A stretch of 62,732 bases of DNA, the filler included, from Collodictyon triciliatum (taxonomy: Eukaryota): NCBI GenBank assembly GCA_043381765.1. It is 9 parts of 9 records of this genome, joined end to end, with 100 filler letters (N's around TTAATTAATTAA, not from the genome) between each part and the next. Parts side by side here need not be neighbours in the genome. Positions count along the whole stretch, not along the records: positions 14,826 to 22,142 come from JBHJMP010003959.1; positions 22,243 to 29,545 come from JBHJMP010003960.1; positions 29,646 to 35,616 come from JBHJMP010003961.1; 6 more parts are not named here. One strand, written 5' to 3'. The translations under genes were made by a program, and so were the position numbers. Of this stretch, positions 17,876 to 30,290 are shown piece after piece (position 1 is the stretch's first letter; each line of letters starts with the position of its first letter). The notes under the pieces are model-generated. The model was not told where the DNA came from. It was given only the letters and a program-made list of their open reading frames with translations, and searched no databases.

Positions 17876-18602
17876 NNNNNNNNNNNNNNNNNNNNNNNNN
17901 NNNNNNNNNNNNNNNNNNNNNNNNNNNNNNNNNNNNNNNNNNNNNNNNNNNNNNNNNNNNNNNNNNNNNNNNNNNNNNNNNNNNNNNNNNNNNNNNNNNN
18001 NNNNNNNNNNNNNNNNNNNNNNNNNNNNNNNNNNNNNNNNNNNNNNNNNNNNNNNNNNNNNNNNNNNNNNNNNNNNNNNNNNNNNNNNNNNNNNNNNNNN
18101 NNNNNNNNNNNNNNNNNNNNNNNNNNNNNNNNNNNNNNNNNNNNNNNNNNNNNNNNNNNNNNNNNNNNNNNNNNNNNNNNNNNNNNNNNNNNNNNNNNNN
18201 NNNNNNNNNNNNNNNNNNNNNNNNNNNNNNNNNNNNNNNNNNNNNNNNNNNNNNNNNNNNNNNNNNNNNNNNNNNNNNNNNNNNNNNNNNNNNNNNNNNN
18301 NNNNNNNNNNNNNNNNNNNNNNNNNNNNNNNNNNNNNNNNNNNNNNNNNNNNNNNNNNNNNNNNNNNNNNNNNNNNNNNNNNNNNNNNNNNNNNNNNNNN
18401 NNNNNNNNNNNNNNNNNNNNNNNNNNNNNNNNNNNNNNNNNNNNNNNNNNNNNNNNNNNNNNNNNNNNNNNNNNNNNNNNNNNNNNNNNNNNNNNNNNNN
18501 NNNNNNNNNNNNNNNNNNNNNNNNNNNNNNNNNNNNNNNNNNNNNNNNNNNNNNNNNNNNNNNNNNNNNNNNNNNNNNNNNNNNNNNNNNNNNNNNNNNN
18601 NN

Positions 18603-19732
18603 CACCATGTTCTTCGCAAAGAGTGTCCATCGCTCTGCACGATCTTCGATGTATTACGGCAGTTGTTGTGAATGTTAACAGATCGCACAAAAGCACATCA
18701 GTTTGATTGGTTGGCACTTGTGACGCGAGTGGTATGTGAAACGCAGAGCGAATTAAAAAAAAAAAACCAATCGATTGGGGAATCATTTGCTGTTGATCCA
18801 ATTCTCAAGGAAGGCTTTGCAAACCACACGCCAACAAACCATGACTTTTGGAGGCTCTTGGAAGACACCCGACTCCGCAATTCTCGATAGCCATGGCGTA
18901 CTCCAAATTCTTCCGATATAAAATCATCAGTCCGAATCCCTACAAACCGGAGAAAATGAATCTATGGGCCGAAACTATAGGCATTATAGACCCGCCGATA
19001 GTCAAAAGCTGGAAGCAAGCCCGTATACTTCAGTTACTCCCGAAATACCGCGCCCTGCTGCTCAATATCTCCAACAGAGAGCTGTGGATAGGTGCGCGTG
19101 TAGTCCGTGCAGCAACGACCTCTCTCAGAATGCACCATGTGCCATAGCGGAGATGACTCTATCGAACACATATTTGTGAAGTGCTCCCTTGCTCAAAAAG
19201 TGACAGAATCCACCCATAAGATGCTCTCTGAGCTGGATTATGCTCCCAACCGTCTCAGCGCGTCTGACATCCTGTTTGGCCCACAAAATCAAATGACTCA
19301 CGACTCTAGAATACTCTGGACAGTCACAAGGGGACATATGCTGTGGTCCCTTATGGAGTCCGCGCGTTCTATCGCTCTAATGATTCACCCGAACGAGAAA
19401 TCAATGTATCCAGGCTTTCAAACCTCGTGCAATACAGCTTCCTGAACAGTCTACTGAAACACGCCCGCATTCTTCGCTACTCTGACTGCAAGCGAAGAGA
19501 GATGTGGGAATGTGTCGTAAGATATCTCCCACAGCACATCCAACCCCTGCTACCCACGCAACCAATCAACCAGTTGGGTCGCCCACCTGACCAACTCGCT
19601 ATCACTGATTTCTTTCCAGTGCTAGTCTCTCCACAGTAGTGTCTTCTACTCGCGTTTGCGCTCTACCATGCGCTCCCATCCCGCCCCTTTGTATGGCATA
19701 ACCTTGCTGCACTTTGAATCGAATAAAGGGGA
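18603..19732 (+). mobile_element. Decayed 3' part of L1/Tx1-like non-LTR retrotransposon (ORF2 C-terminus with CCHC zinc knuckle, plus 3' UTR)
   Basis: CTMCHSGDDSIEHIFVKC is a zf-RVT-type motif. Coding frame is split across three frames by frameshifts. A closely similar second copy of the 3' end lies at 43436-43894. Confidence 0.85.
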
Positions 19733-19978
19733 AATATTGTACTTAGTGGTTATGAGCATATTGCGAAAATAGTCCATTATTTTCGAAAAATGAACCAAAA
19801 CTAAGTACCTACCTTCCTGGAGAAAAAGGAATATTATTTGACTTTTTTTCCAATAAAATATTGTATAGTTAATTATTCATTCATTTTTTATTTTTATTTT
19901 TTGCTCCTAAGACGTGACATTATAGATATAAATTTCCCGACGTAAAAATGTATCTTTCTTACATTTTAAGAGAAATAA

Positions 19979-21890
19979 TCAACACCTTGACGTTGATGGC
20001 GTGCATTCCTAAATTTTAATAGACAAATATTTGTTATGGAAGTATTCGAATCGAATGAATGATTTGAAAATTTTGTGGGGATGGCGAAGGGAAAAATAAA
20101 TCGAGCAGACATACAGTAAAATCAGCTACGATATCTTTGAAGTGTGGCCTTGCGTCTGGATTAGGATTCCATGCCTTTTGACATAGATGCAGGAGGACAC
20201 TTGAATTCGTGGACGGAATTTCCGGCCTCAAGCCTCCGACGACTTTAGAGTTCAGTTCTTCCGAGGTTACGCTGCGGTACGGTTTCAACCTAGTTTCGAT
20301 TTCCCACATAACAACCCCGAAGCTGTAGACATCAGCCTTCAATCCATAGGGCATTTTTTGAATAATCTGAAAGAGTACAATTATTTTAATAGTGTTAAAA
20401 ATTAAGTTTTTCTTAAATTATACTATACCTCAGGGGCAAGGTATTCGGGGGTACACACTGTCGTCGTTTTATGCTCAATATCAAGAATGTTCGTGAATAT
20501 GAACCCACAAACTTTTATTTTGTATGGGTAACCATCATGAATCTGTTTGAGAAAAATGAGGATGGCTAAATTAATCAATATATGTGTCATGAAACCAATA
20601 TAAAAATTGAATATTAAGTGATTACCAAAATTTTTGCTGGATTTAGACCAGTATGGATGATGGGTGGCTCCTTGGAATGCAAATATTCCATACCTTGGGC
20701 AATTTGTCGGGCTATGGATATTCTGTTGAAACAATCTCAGTTTTTTTTTTTTAAAAAGAAAAAGGAATAAATGGAAGTATTATCCTGCCATATTATGGGT
20801 AAGATTAAGTTTTCTACTCGATAGTGATAATATACTGTACTTGTCAAGTTGTATTAATTTATGGAAAGGGCTCCCCAAAATATCTCGGAGATTAAATTTT
20901 CCAACGATAGATGTAACAATAGCCACTTTATGCTCACTGATGCAGAGACCCATAAAGTCGACAACATTTGGATGACACACCTTTCTAAATGAAAAAGGTG
21001 GTAGATTAGATTTGATAATATCTCGATTCTATAACACTGCACTGAGGTAGTAAAAATTTGGAAGAAGAGGTACCTGTGAAGCAAGATTTTTTGAATAATT
21101 TTTGACTTATTCAAAGGCGGTGTCTCTGTTATGCTTATCACCTTTGCTGCGACACTCATGCCCTATCAAAAAAATTTGATTGAGTGTAAAATGAAACAAA
21201 AGTAATGAAAAGTTTCTTAAAAACCTTGAACTCTGCAATGAAAACAGTTCCATAAACACCGTTTCCAAGAATCTTGCTTGTTAAATTCAGATCTTTCCAA
21301 GGGATGCTAATCCGGCGAATAATTTGGTCTTCCATGCTATTTGAGTCAAAATCAACATGCCCTGTTTGCAATAACAGTGAATATCTATACTAAAGTTTGT
21401 ATATACAGACTAACTCCTCCATTTTTAACATAATTTTGTTATAATGCCTTGATTTTTTTCATCCGATGGGCTGGCTAAATTTGGGTGGCTAAAATCCTTC
21501 TCCTGTAAGGTAAGGATACGATTGTAAACTATGTAATTTTTTCATATTGAAAATGAATTAATTATCAGTTTCTTAACTATTTTCAAGTAGTATGAATGCA
21601 CACGGTCGTCATTTTCAGGGCTGAGTGATTTTTTTTGAAGAGAATAGGGTATAGCCTGTTATGTTTTTATTTTTTTGGAAATAAAATAGACAAAAATTAA
21701 TTGATAATTCATTTTGGGAAATTCATAAATTACTCGAACTCTCATTTTTTGATACACTTTGAATGGAATAAAGCAGGGAAACTTGTTTTCGATAAAACCT
21801 CAAATATGTGATTTCCTTCGCTTATACAGTTCGATCTTGGAAGTATTAATCGTGTGTATATCAAGTCTTTCATATCGTCGGTGTTGAGAT
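19979..21890 (-). CDS. TKL-family pseudokinase, multi-exon; 5' part unresolved
   Basis: LGNGVYGTVF, VAAK, CHPNVVDFMG, IAQGMEYLHSKEPPIIHTGLNPAKIL, KVCGFIF, TPEYLAPE, KADVYSFGVVMWE, GLRPEIP, RPHF. Confidence 0.88.
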
Positions 21891-22020
21891 GCTTTTTTTT
21901 TTTTAAAACAACAACAACAACAACAAACAAACAATTAATCGATATACTGTGACAATAATTGTTAAGTATGCTGATTAGTTATGCTTCAGTATGTGATTAT
22001 TATTTTTTTTTTAAAAAAAA

Positions 22021-22142
22021 ACCAATAACCAATAACCAATAACCAATAACCAATAACCAATAACCAATAACCAATAACCAATAACCAATAACCAATAACC
22101 AATAACCAATAACCAATAACCAATAACCAATAACCAATAACC
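22021..22142. repeat. (ACCAATA)n heptamer repeat at scaffold end
   Basis: Direct tandem repeat. Confidence 0.95.
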
Positions 22143-22429
22143 NNNNNNNNNNNNNNNNNNNNNNNNNNNNNNNNNNNNNNNNNNNNTTAATTAATTAANN
22201 NNNNNNNNNNNNNNNNNNNNNNNNNNNNNNNNNNNNNNNNNNTCCCCCCCGTCATCTCTGTGTGATTTTTCTGGGCCCAAAAAACGTCGCCCCCCCCCTC
22301 CCCCCCCCTTTTGGGATTATTAAATAACACTTTCCCCCCCCCCCCCCCCCCCCCCTTTCTGTTACACATGTAGTAGTTGCCTATCTTAATTTCACACCCT
22401 TTTGACTTGTGATTTTCTTGTTTCCTCAG

Positions 22430-25400
22430 AGGTCGCCTGCTCTTAAAATATTAGCAAAAAACGGGAGAATTATAAGGAGCATCGTGATGACTTTCAAACT
22501 AGGTGTTATGTCTACGACGATTAACGTCTTAGATTTGCTCACTTTATGCTGCCATATGCCAGATGAGACCCAAGGATATCAGTAGACGTTCTTCTATATC
22601 CATGCAAATAATACTAATAATAAAAATAAAATAAGAAATCCGTCAAACTAAACCAGAGAAAAGTTTTTAAAATCTATACAGCCTTCACAGACTTAACAAA
22701 AAAAAATTATGGATACTAATGACTTCCTTGATATGCACTAGGAATGTGATTGATGCATTTACACATTATCGTAAGATTATGCGTGGAAAACGATTTGAGT
22801 GTTTGTTGGATCTGCTCAGGGGAAATGATACTCCTCTTATAGTACACTTCTATTGATGAATAATATTGTTCATAACCCTCTACTTGTTGAAGCAAATACT
22901 AAATAGATACATAAAATAATTATGAAAAAAAAAGGGTTATGTTAACCAAGAATATATTTATGAATCGATATTCTTTTTCTTATCTGAATAGGTTCAAGTC
23001 ATGAGAGTTATCAACAGCATCATTCACGCGGAGCCTCTCCTACCAAATAGGATGGCCTTAAGAGAGGAATTTGAAAGATTAGAAATATGGCAATTGATGG
23101 AGGTACTTTTTTTTTCATGTAGTTCTTTCCACAAAGAATCTTGAATATTTTTTTGTGATAAGAGCAATTATAGCTATATACTGAAAGGTAAAGAGCAAAC
23201 AAAATCAAACGCTGCCTTAAGGCTATTATAATGAAATAAAACTTAGTATTTTATTTTATTTTTCAACATAGTCCCTACGGAATCTTGATGCTGAATTAGA
23301 GGAAGAGCTTGACGAGTACCTTTTGGAAGATGATACGGATAGAGAAGCATTAAAAGAGAAAAGCGAGGAGGCCTCTGGTTCTTCTATGGGACAAGCGACC
23401 CCCAGACCAAAAGAATCACACCATTCAGAGTAGATTCCATTTAGACTCAAATACATATTCAGCTTCCCTGTATATATCCCTCTTTATTTTTCTTTATGGA
23501 TTTTTCTTCTTTGTTTTGTTTTGTTAAAAAATAATGCTAAAAAATTAAAATGCAGGCAAATACAAATACTAACTGAAGATCTTGCCGAGAGTATCTCATC
23601 ATTCCAAAATGTGGATTTATTTATTTCCCTTCTACGGTCTGTGATGGCGATACCAAATCAGCTGCCCAATTCAGCGTAAGATATGCTTCTATGATTATTT
23701 ACTCATTCATGTGTAAATAAAAACTTATATATGGAAGTGTCATTTTTATTTTACTCTAATGTTCATTATTACTATTGACTTATCGTCACAATATTTGTTG
23801 TACTATATGCTTCTATTAGGGCTCAATTCATGATTCATCTTCAGAATTTTATGCAAAAGTCCATATCTATGATATCGTCGGAATCTGACATAAGAGAAGG
23901 TTTTCAAATCGTTTGAAACAATTCACCTCGCCTCATATGCCTTGTATCTGCACTCTGTTCGAATTAAAGAAATAATTTAGTCTCATATATTTATGTTGGA
24001 TTTAGTGATGGGGTCCATGATATCAATGAAGGATCATGACTCTCTCATGGAAGAGCAAAGAAAAGCCTCAAGCGGATTGAAACAGCGACTAGAATTTAGG
24101 GTTTGCTATTATGATAAAATTGTAAAGAAAGGAAATAAGAAATACTGTCGAGGCCTAAAATTGAAGAAAAAAATGGAGCAGAAAATACTGAATGGCGCAA
24201 ATACTCATATACAATTAGATTGATGAGTTGGAGAAAGAATTGGAGGAAAAATCAAAAAGTAATTGATTAGTTATATTCCTTTGTTGTAGCGTTAACTCAT
24301 CATACGTTGAATTTTGGTAATGAAAGAAATCTTGGCAAATATGTATTATAATACTAATATAACAAACCCAATATGTAGAGGAGAAAGCTTTAAAACACCA
24401 AGCTATGACCTTAACAAAAAAGTTTGCAACTAATTTGGATGCTATGCATCAAAAAGTTCAAATATATCAAAATGCTGTTGATGATGCCACTGTTTTCTTG
24501 TCCAACCTCAAAAAACACCTTCCCAAACACATCGCTAGAGAGTTAAATTCCCAGAGACTTTCATATATAGAGAAACATTCGTTGTCAAGGAAAGACGTGA
24601 AAGGTGTCCTGGACACCTGTCTCGAAATGACTAGATTCAAAGAAATTGAAGATGATTTAAAGGAAATCTCCTCTCCGAACCTTATTTTTCCAAATGAAGA
24701 CGATGACGAAGTGTCTGATGAGGAGGACAGTGATTCTGAAAATAATATTCATTTTGAACAAGAGATATCAAATACATCAAAGGTAGATACCCACACAACA
24801 CATCACCCAGTAAATGAAACACAAGCAGCTCAAACAGCAACACCTGTTCTTGCATCAAAGCGGTATTCTGACCCAATTGTTCATATGGACCAACGACTAT
24901 CACAAGACGCAACTTCGCATCCGTTAATTGAGACGGGCAATTCCGTTATATCTAGTAGCTTCTTCGCTCAACACTCTCCCGGTCTCGATAGTAGGCTTCT
25001 TTCTGCCACCAGCCCGTTGGCCCTGTCAACAGAATCAAACAAGGCAGACAGCATTACTCACTCCGCCTCGCATCATCACCATCATCTGGATGAACCCAAA
25101 ACCCCTGTTCAATCTGCATCACCCATCCTTGCGCGCACACCAAACTCACGTCGCAAAATGTCCGTTCGCGAAGAGTCCGATTTGCTGTCTACGAGAGGAA
25201 TCGAGATTCTGGAGCTACCATTGGCTCAACAGCCAGAGGCACCATCCATCCGATCACTCCAGGGTCAGGATATCGTTTCCACCTTGTCACACCAGGGACT
25301 TTCATCCTCTAATATACCGGAGCTGGTTGAAGATAGAGGCTTGTCCACGCATCCGACAAAAGTTCAGGAAACAATCCAGAGTACCGCTGAGATTTTAGCC

Positions 25401-28400
25401 AGCCAAGGTCTGAGCATCCGCTCCATAATGGATGAAATGTCGTTAGAGTCGGACCCGTCGCTGCAATCTAATGTTCCTCCACCTCCACCCCCGCCATTGC
25501 CGAGTCAATCATTTGCCTTTCAGCAGGCATCATTTTCACACTCTGCTACAGAATCTCAACATGGCATGGAGGCTGATTCAAAAGTTGCAGTCAGCGACGA
25601 AAATATCCCTCCGCCTCCACCGCCACAATTTCCCATGTCTTCTGGATTGTTTATGCCGCCACCCCCGCCACCCCCAGGAATACCGGGTGCTCCATCATTT
25701 AACCGTTCTGCCGGCCCAGGTTTTGGCCTACATATATTCAACGCTAATTTAACTTAATCTGTGATCTTTTCAATTCTTTTCTTTTTATAATTTTTTTTGG
25801 TATCTTCACCAAACTCGCTGCTTGAGGGAAGATGTTTGTTTGTTTGTTTGTTTGTTTGTTTGTTTGTTTGTTTGTTTGTTTGTTTGTTTGTTTGTTTGTT
25901 TGTTTGTTTGTTTGTTTATGGCTTAATTGTACTTTTTCCATCAGTTAGAAGAATTATATTTAAAATATCTTGTACATAGCTCTCCCTCCCAAACCAACCA
26001 TCAGACCGAGTGTTCCTATGAAGCAGGTATCTCCATATCTCTTTTCATTTACTATCTTGCATTTTTATATACGAAGCATTCTAATGCGAGTACAGTTATT
26101 TTGGACGAAAGTTCCAACAACAAAAGTGGCCAAAACGGTATGGAAAGAATGCGCAGATGATGAGATCTTGAAACAAATTGATACAGAAGAATTGGAGACT
26201 TTATTTTTGTCAAAGCCTGTGGTAACATCAACATGTTCGATTTCCTTCTATTTTTTTTTTTGTCCATTCATGCTTAAAATTTTAACATTGATTTCGTCTA
26301 CTTAGCTTTTGAAATGTCTTTTTTTTTTTTTTAACTATTTTATTATTAGTATACTATATTTATGATGTTTTTCTTTTTTTTAAAAAAAAAAAATTAGCCA
26401 CCGAAAGAGAGCGCTCCAAATCAGTTGGTGCAAAGTCTTACTTGGAAAAACAAAGAGCTCAGAACATATGTAATTCCCATAAATCATCGCATTACTATTT
26501 CGACCAGTAGAAAATTAAAATGAATATCTTGTTTCAATATTGTAGCTGCACATAATATTATTTACAGTCTAAGCAGAAAAGTTCTCGACCTTTAATGTCA
26601 TTTTATCAATAAAATGAAAATAATAATGATAAAAATCAATTCCAACGGCAGCTATCATGCTTTCAACTTCAAAAATATCACCAACTGCCATCAAAGATGC
26701 TATCCTAAAAGTCGATGATAAAGTCATCGGATTTGATTTTTTAAGAAAAATAATTTCTGCTCTTCCAAGAACGGAGGAAGTATGTTGTAATTCATTAAAT
26801 AAAACGGGTATGTAATCTTTCATAGGGGTGAATGAATAAACAATCACATTATTTAGATTGAATCACTGAAAGATCACAGAGATGAATATCAACAACTGGA
26901 TAGAGCAGACCAGTTCATATTAGATGTTTGAAAATTTTCATTTACATTCTCTAAATGCTATGTTGGCTATCCAAAATTCGATGGACTTTTCTTTACTTCA
27001 AATATTGAACCATCATTATAATAAATGCTAACGTGTTTTGTGTCTGTCCACAGTTAATGTCCATACCTAGAATCGACTCGCGTTTGAAAGCTTGGGAAAC
27101 TACTCGAAAATTCGATCAATCAATCGAAGACTTATGTGCTGTAAGATACTGGTGCTAGGATTTGATAATACAAGAAATATATAAAACAGAAACATGAATA
27201 ATGAATTTAAATAATGGTGGACAGTATTCATATTATTCTCCTTACTTGAAACTTTTTTTTTATTATGCTTATTTAACTCAAGGGTATTGGCATCTTCAGC
27301 CAAGCATCAGAACAAATTAAGGGAAGCCAAAAATTTAAGCAGGTGTTAGAAGTGAGTTATTTTTTTCTCTTTAATCTCCCATTTTGTAGCTGCACCACTC
27401 AGACACAGAGTCACTATGGTTGATTCAAACTCCTATATTTTCTCCTCGTAGACAGTATTAGCTTTTGGAAATTATTTGAATGGCGGATCATATCGCGGCG
27501 GAGCTTACGGGTTCCGTTTGGAGTGTTTATCTAAGGTACATGACTCATAACCAAACTCCCTTTCACTTGGTTGAGGTTACGAAAGTTGTTTAACTATTTT
27601 CAGAATATACTGCGACTGTATTAGAATTTTTGCCATGTTTCTTTTCTTTTCNNNNNNNNNNNNNNNNNNNNNNNNNNNNNNNNNNNNNNNNNNNNNNNNN
27701 NNNNNNNNNNNNNNNNNNNNNNNNNNNNNNNNNNNNNNNNNNNNNNNNNNNNNNNNNNNNNNNNNNNNNNNNNNNNNNNNNNNNNNNNNNNNNNNNNNNN
27801 NNNNNNNNNNNNNNNNNNNNNNNNNNNNNNNNNNNNNNNNNNNNNNNNNNNNNNNNNNNNNNNNNNNNNNNNNNNNNNNNNNNNNNNNNNNNNNNNNNNN
27901 NNNNNNNNNNNNNNNNNNNNNNNNNNNNNNNNNNNNNNNNNNNNNNNNNNNNNNNNNNNNNNNNNNNNNNNNNNNNNNNNNNNNNNNNNNNNNNNNNNNN
28001 NNNNNNNNNNNNNNNNNNNNNNNNNNNNNNNNNNNNNNNNNNNNNNNNNNNNNNNNNNNNNNNNNNNNNNNNNNNNNNNNNNNNNNNNNNNNNNNNNNNN
28101 NNNNNNNNNNNNNNNNNNNNNNNNNNNNNNNNNNNNNNNNNNNNNNNNNNNNNNNNNNNNNNNNNNNNNNNNNNNNNNNNNNNNNNNNNNNNNNNNNNNN
28201 NNNNNNNNNNNNNNNNNNNNNNNNNNNNNNNNNNNNNNNNNNNNNNNNNNNNNNNNNNNNNNNNNNNNNNNNNNNNNNNNNNNNNNNNNNNNNNNNNNNN
28301 NNNNNNNNNNNNNNNNNNNNNNNNNNNNNNNNNNNNNNNNNNNNNNNNNNNNNNNNNNNNNNNNNNNNNNNNNNNNNNNNNNNNNNNNNNNNNNNNNNNN

Positions 28401-29099
28401 NNNNNNNNNNNNNNNNNNNNNNNNNNNNNNNNNNNNNNNNNNNNNNNNNNNNNNNNNNNNNNNTTTTTTTTTTATTATTATTATCGATTCTCTTATCCAT
28501 TCACTATACTTTAAACTTGCCTATCATTATATTTGATTTACCTGTTTGAACCGGTATGTGTACAAATTTAATTTTTGGGCACTTTGATAAAAAAAAAAAA
28601 AAAAAATTACAGGATGCAAAGTTGCTGATGGATAAAGAGAAGGCTTCAAAACTCAATCGGGAAAAAAAACTAGTAATGCTAATTTATCACAACTGATAAC
28701 ACAGCCGTTAATCATTCATCCCTTCTCTGTTTCGTCATCAACTTTGATAATTCCAGTAAATGCATAATAACCTATCCAAATTAGGATATGCTACGCCTCA
28801 AGCGGGAACAACAAGCAGCAAAGACTCGCGAAGAATTAAGAGCAGCAGGAGTAGACAGCGCGACACAGAAAGGCTCTGGGCTCAGCACCAAGGAGCGGGT
28901 CAGTGCAACTCATTATGCAGCAAGAATATCCAGCCCAAAGCAGAAACACGGAGCAGCATCAGCGCCTGGAGCAGGAGGAGGAGGAGGAGGAGGAGGTCGA
29001 GTGCAGCCCATCCAATCGAATCGGTCCAGCGGGTCAGGCCGCGGAAATGACGGTGGAAGTGTGTTGGGATTCCTACTCGAAGCTCGTAACCAAAAGTAA
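22430..29099 (+). CDS. Diaphanous-related formin (GBD/FH3-FH1-FH2), 5'-partial, with a sequence gap in FH2
   Basis: FH3-like exons (NVIDAFTHY…RFECLL; MRVINSII…RMALREEF) and three poly-Pro tracts (about 25470-25680). FH2 motifs: KQLFWTKV, RAQNISIML, LMSIPRIDSRL, VLAFGNYLNGGSYRGGAYGFRL. C-terminal exon ends …LLEARNQK*. Confidence 0.92.
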
Positions 29100-29289
29100 A
29101 GAAAAAATGAAAACTCAAAGCAGTGATGAAGGGAGAGGATGATATCTTCCCCGGTTACGACTGCGCAAATAAAAAAAATAAATAAATAAATAAAAGAAAC
29201 CAGCAAAAAAAAATTATGATGGCGATACAATCATGATGATGATAATAATGATTATGTTAATGGTAATAATAAAATATATTTGGGTGATG

Positions 29290-29545
29290 GTCATGTCCTC
29301 TCTTGGTATCCAGAGGGGCACTCAACAGCGTCAGTACTTGGTACCTTTTCAATTCTTTTGCTGGCTGCCTTGCAATCCACTTCAGAAACAACAACAAAGT
29401 CCGAAACCAATTCCTCCTGCAATATGCTGACGATACAGCCTTCATCCTTCGCTCCCCTGAAGGCGCTATCCTGGCAAATAAGTGTATGCAAGAATACACA
29501 CTTGCAGTCGGAGGTAAAATCAACTTCAACAAAACAGACGGTATC
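29290..29545 (+). mobile_element. Non-LTR retrotransposon reverse-transcriptase fragment, cut by scaffold end
   Basis: LLQYADDTAFIL and GGKINFNKT, typical LINE RT core and downstream motifs. Confidence 0.85.
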
Positions 29546-29645
29546 NNNNNNNNNNNNNNNNNNNNNNNNNNNNNNNNNNNNNNNNNNNNTTAATTAATTA
29601 ANNNNNNNNNNNNNNNNNNNNNNNNNNNNNNNNNNNNNNNNNNNN

Positions 29646-29934
29646 TGTTCTGGTGTTCGTTCTCAACACGGTAGATGTTCCATTGAAATCGCCTGTGCAA
29701 TGCGATGGATGATGATAAATACCGTGGTTGAAAATGAAAGCGTACTGACGTTCGTGAGCCAGTCGATACGAAAAAAAATTCCTTCGAAATTACCTGAAAA
29801 CTTCTGCGAAGGCAATAATGGTAGACAATATTTTGGAATCAATTGTGTCGGTGGAGAGGGTTAAGGTCCAGGAGACTCGACAAAGGGCGTTTGAAACAAG
29901 AGCGAAATAATCAACCTGGGGTTTGGCAAACCAG
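29646..29934 (-). pseudogene. EXS-domain (XPR1/PHO1/SYG1-like) C-terminal fragment, two exons (29934-29794, 29692-29646)
   Basis: Spliced: WFAKPQVDYFALVSNALCRVSWTLTLS…IIAFAEVFRRFQWNIYRVENEHQN, matching the EXS signature EVFRRFVWNFFRLENEH. No upstream exons are evident, so gene versus pseudogene status is uncertain. Missed by the ORF track. Confidence 0.75.
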
Positions 29935-30290
29935 CTAGATTTAAAACTGCCGATCCCAGATCAAACCTGCCGTAACGGAGCTAATCTATTAATGAGGATT
30001 CAAGAAAAGGAGAAAAAAGGCCCTATAACAGACAAAAAAAATAAATACAAAAGACAAAAAAAACAAAATACAAAATACGAAATACAAAAAACAAAAAAAA
30101 ACAAAAAAACAAAAAAAACAAGAAAAACAAAAAACAAAAAACAAAAAACAAAAATAGAAATAGAAGAAAAGAAAAAGAGACAAGAAACCGGCCCACAACC
30201 CACAACGCACGAAAAACAGGCCGCAAAGACAGGTTGCCGAAGCAGGCAACGGCAGGAGCACAGCGCAAGAAGAGCGACCGAGCAGGCGGG

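Noticed and set aside
17716-18801. Long ORFs spanning N gaps (also 27577-28549)
   Set aside because: Artefacts of translating Ns.
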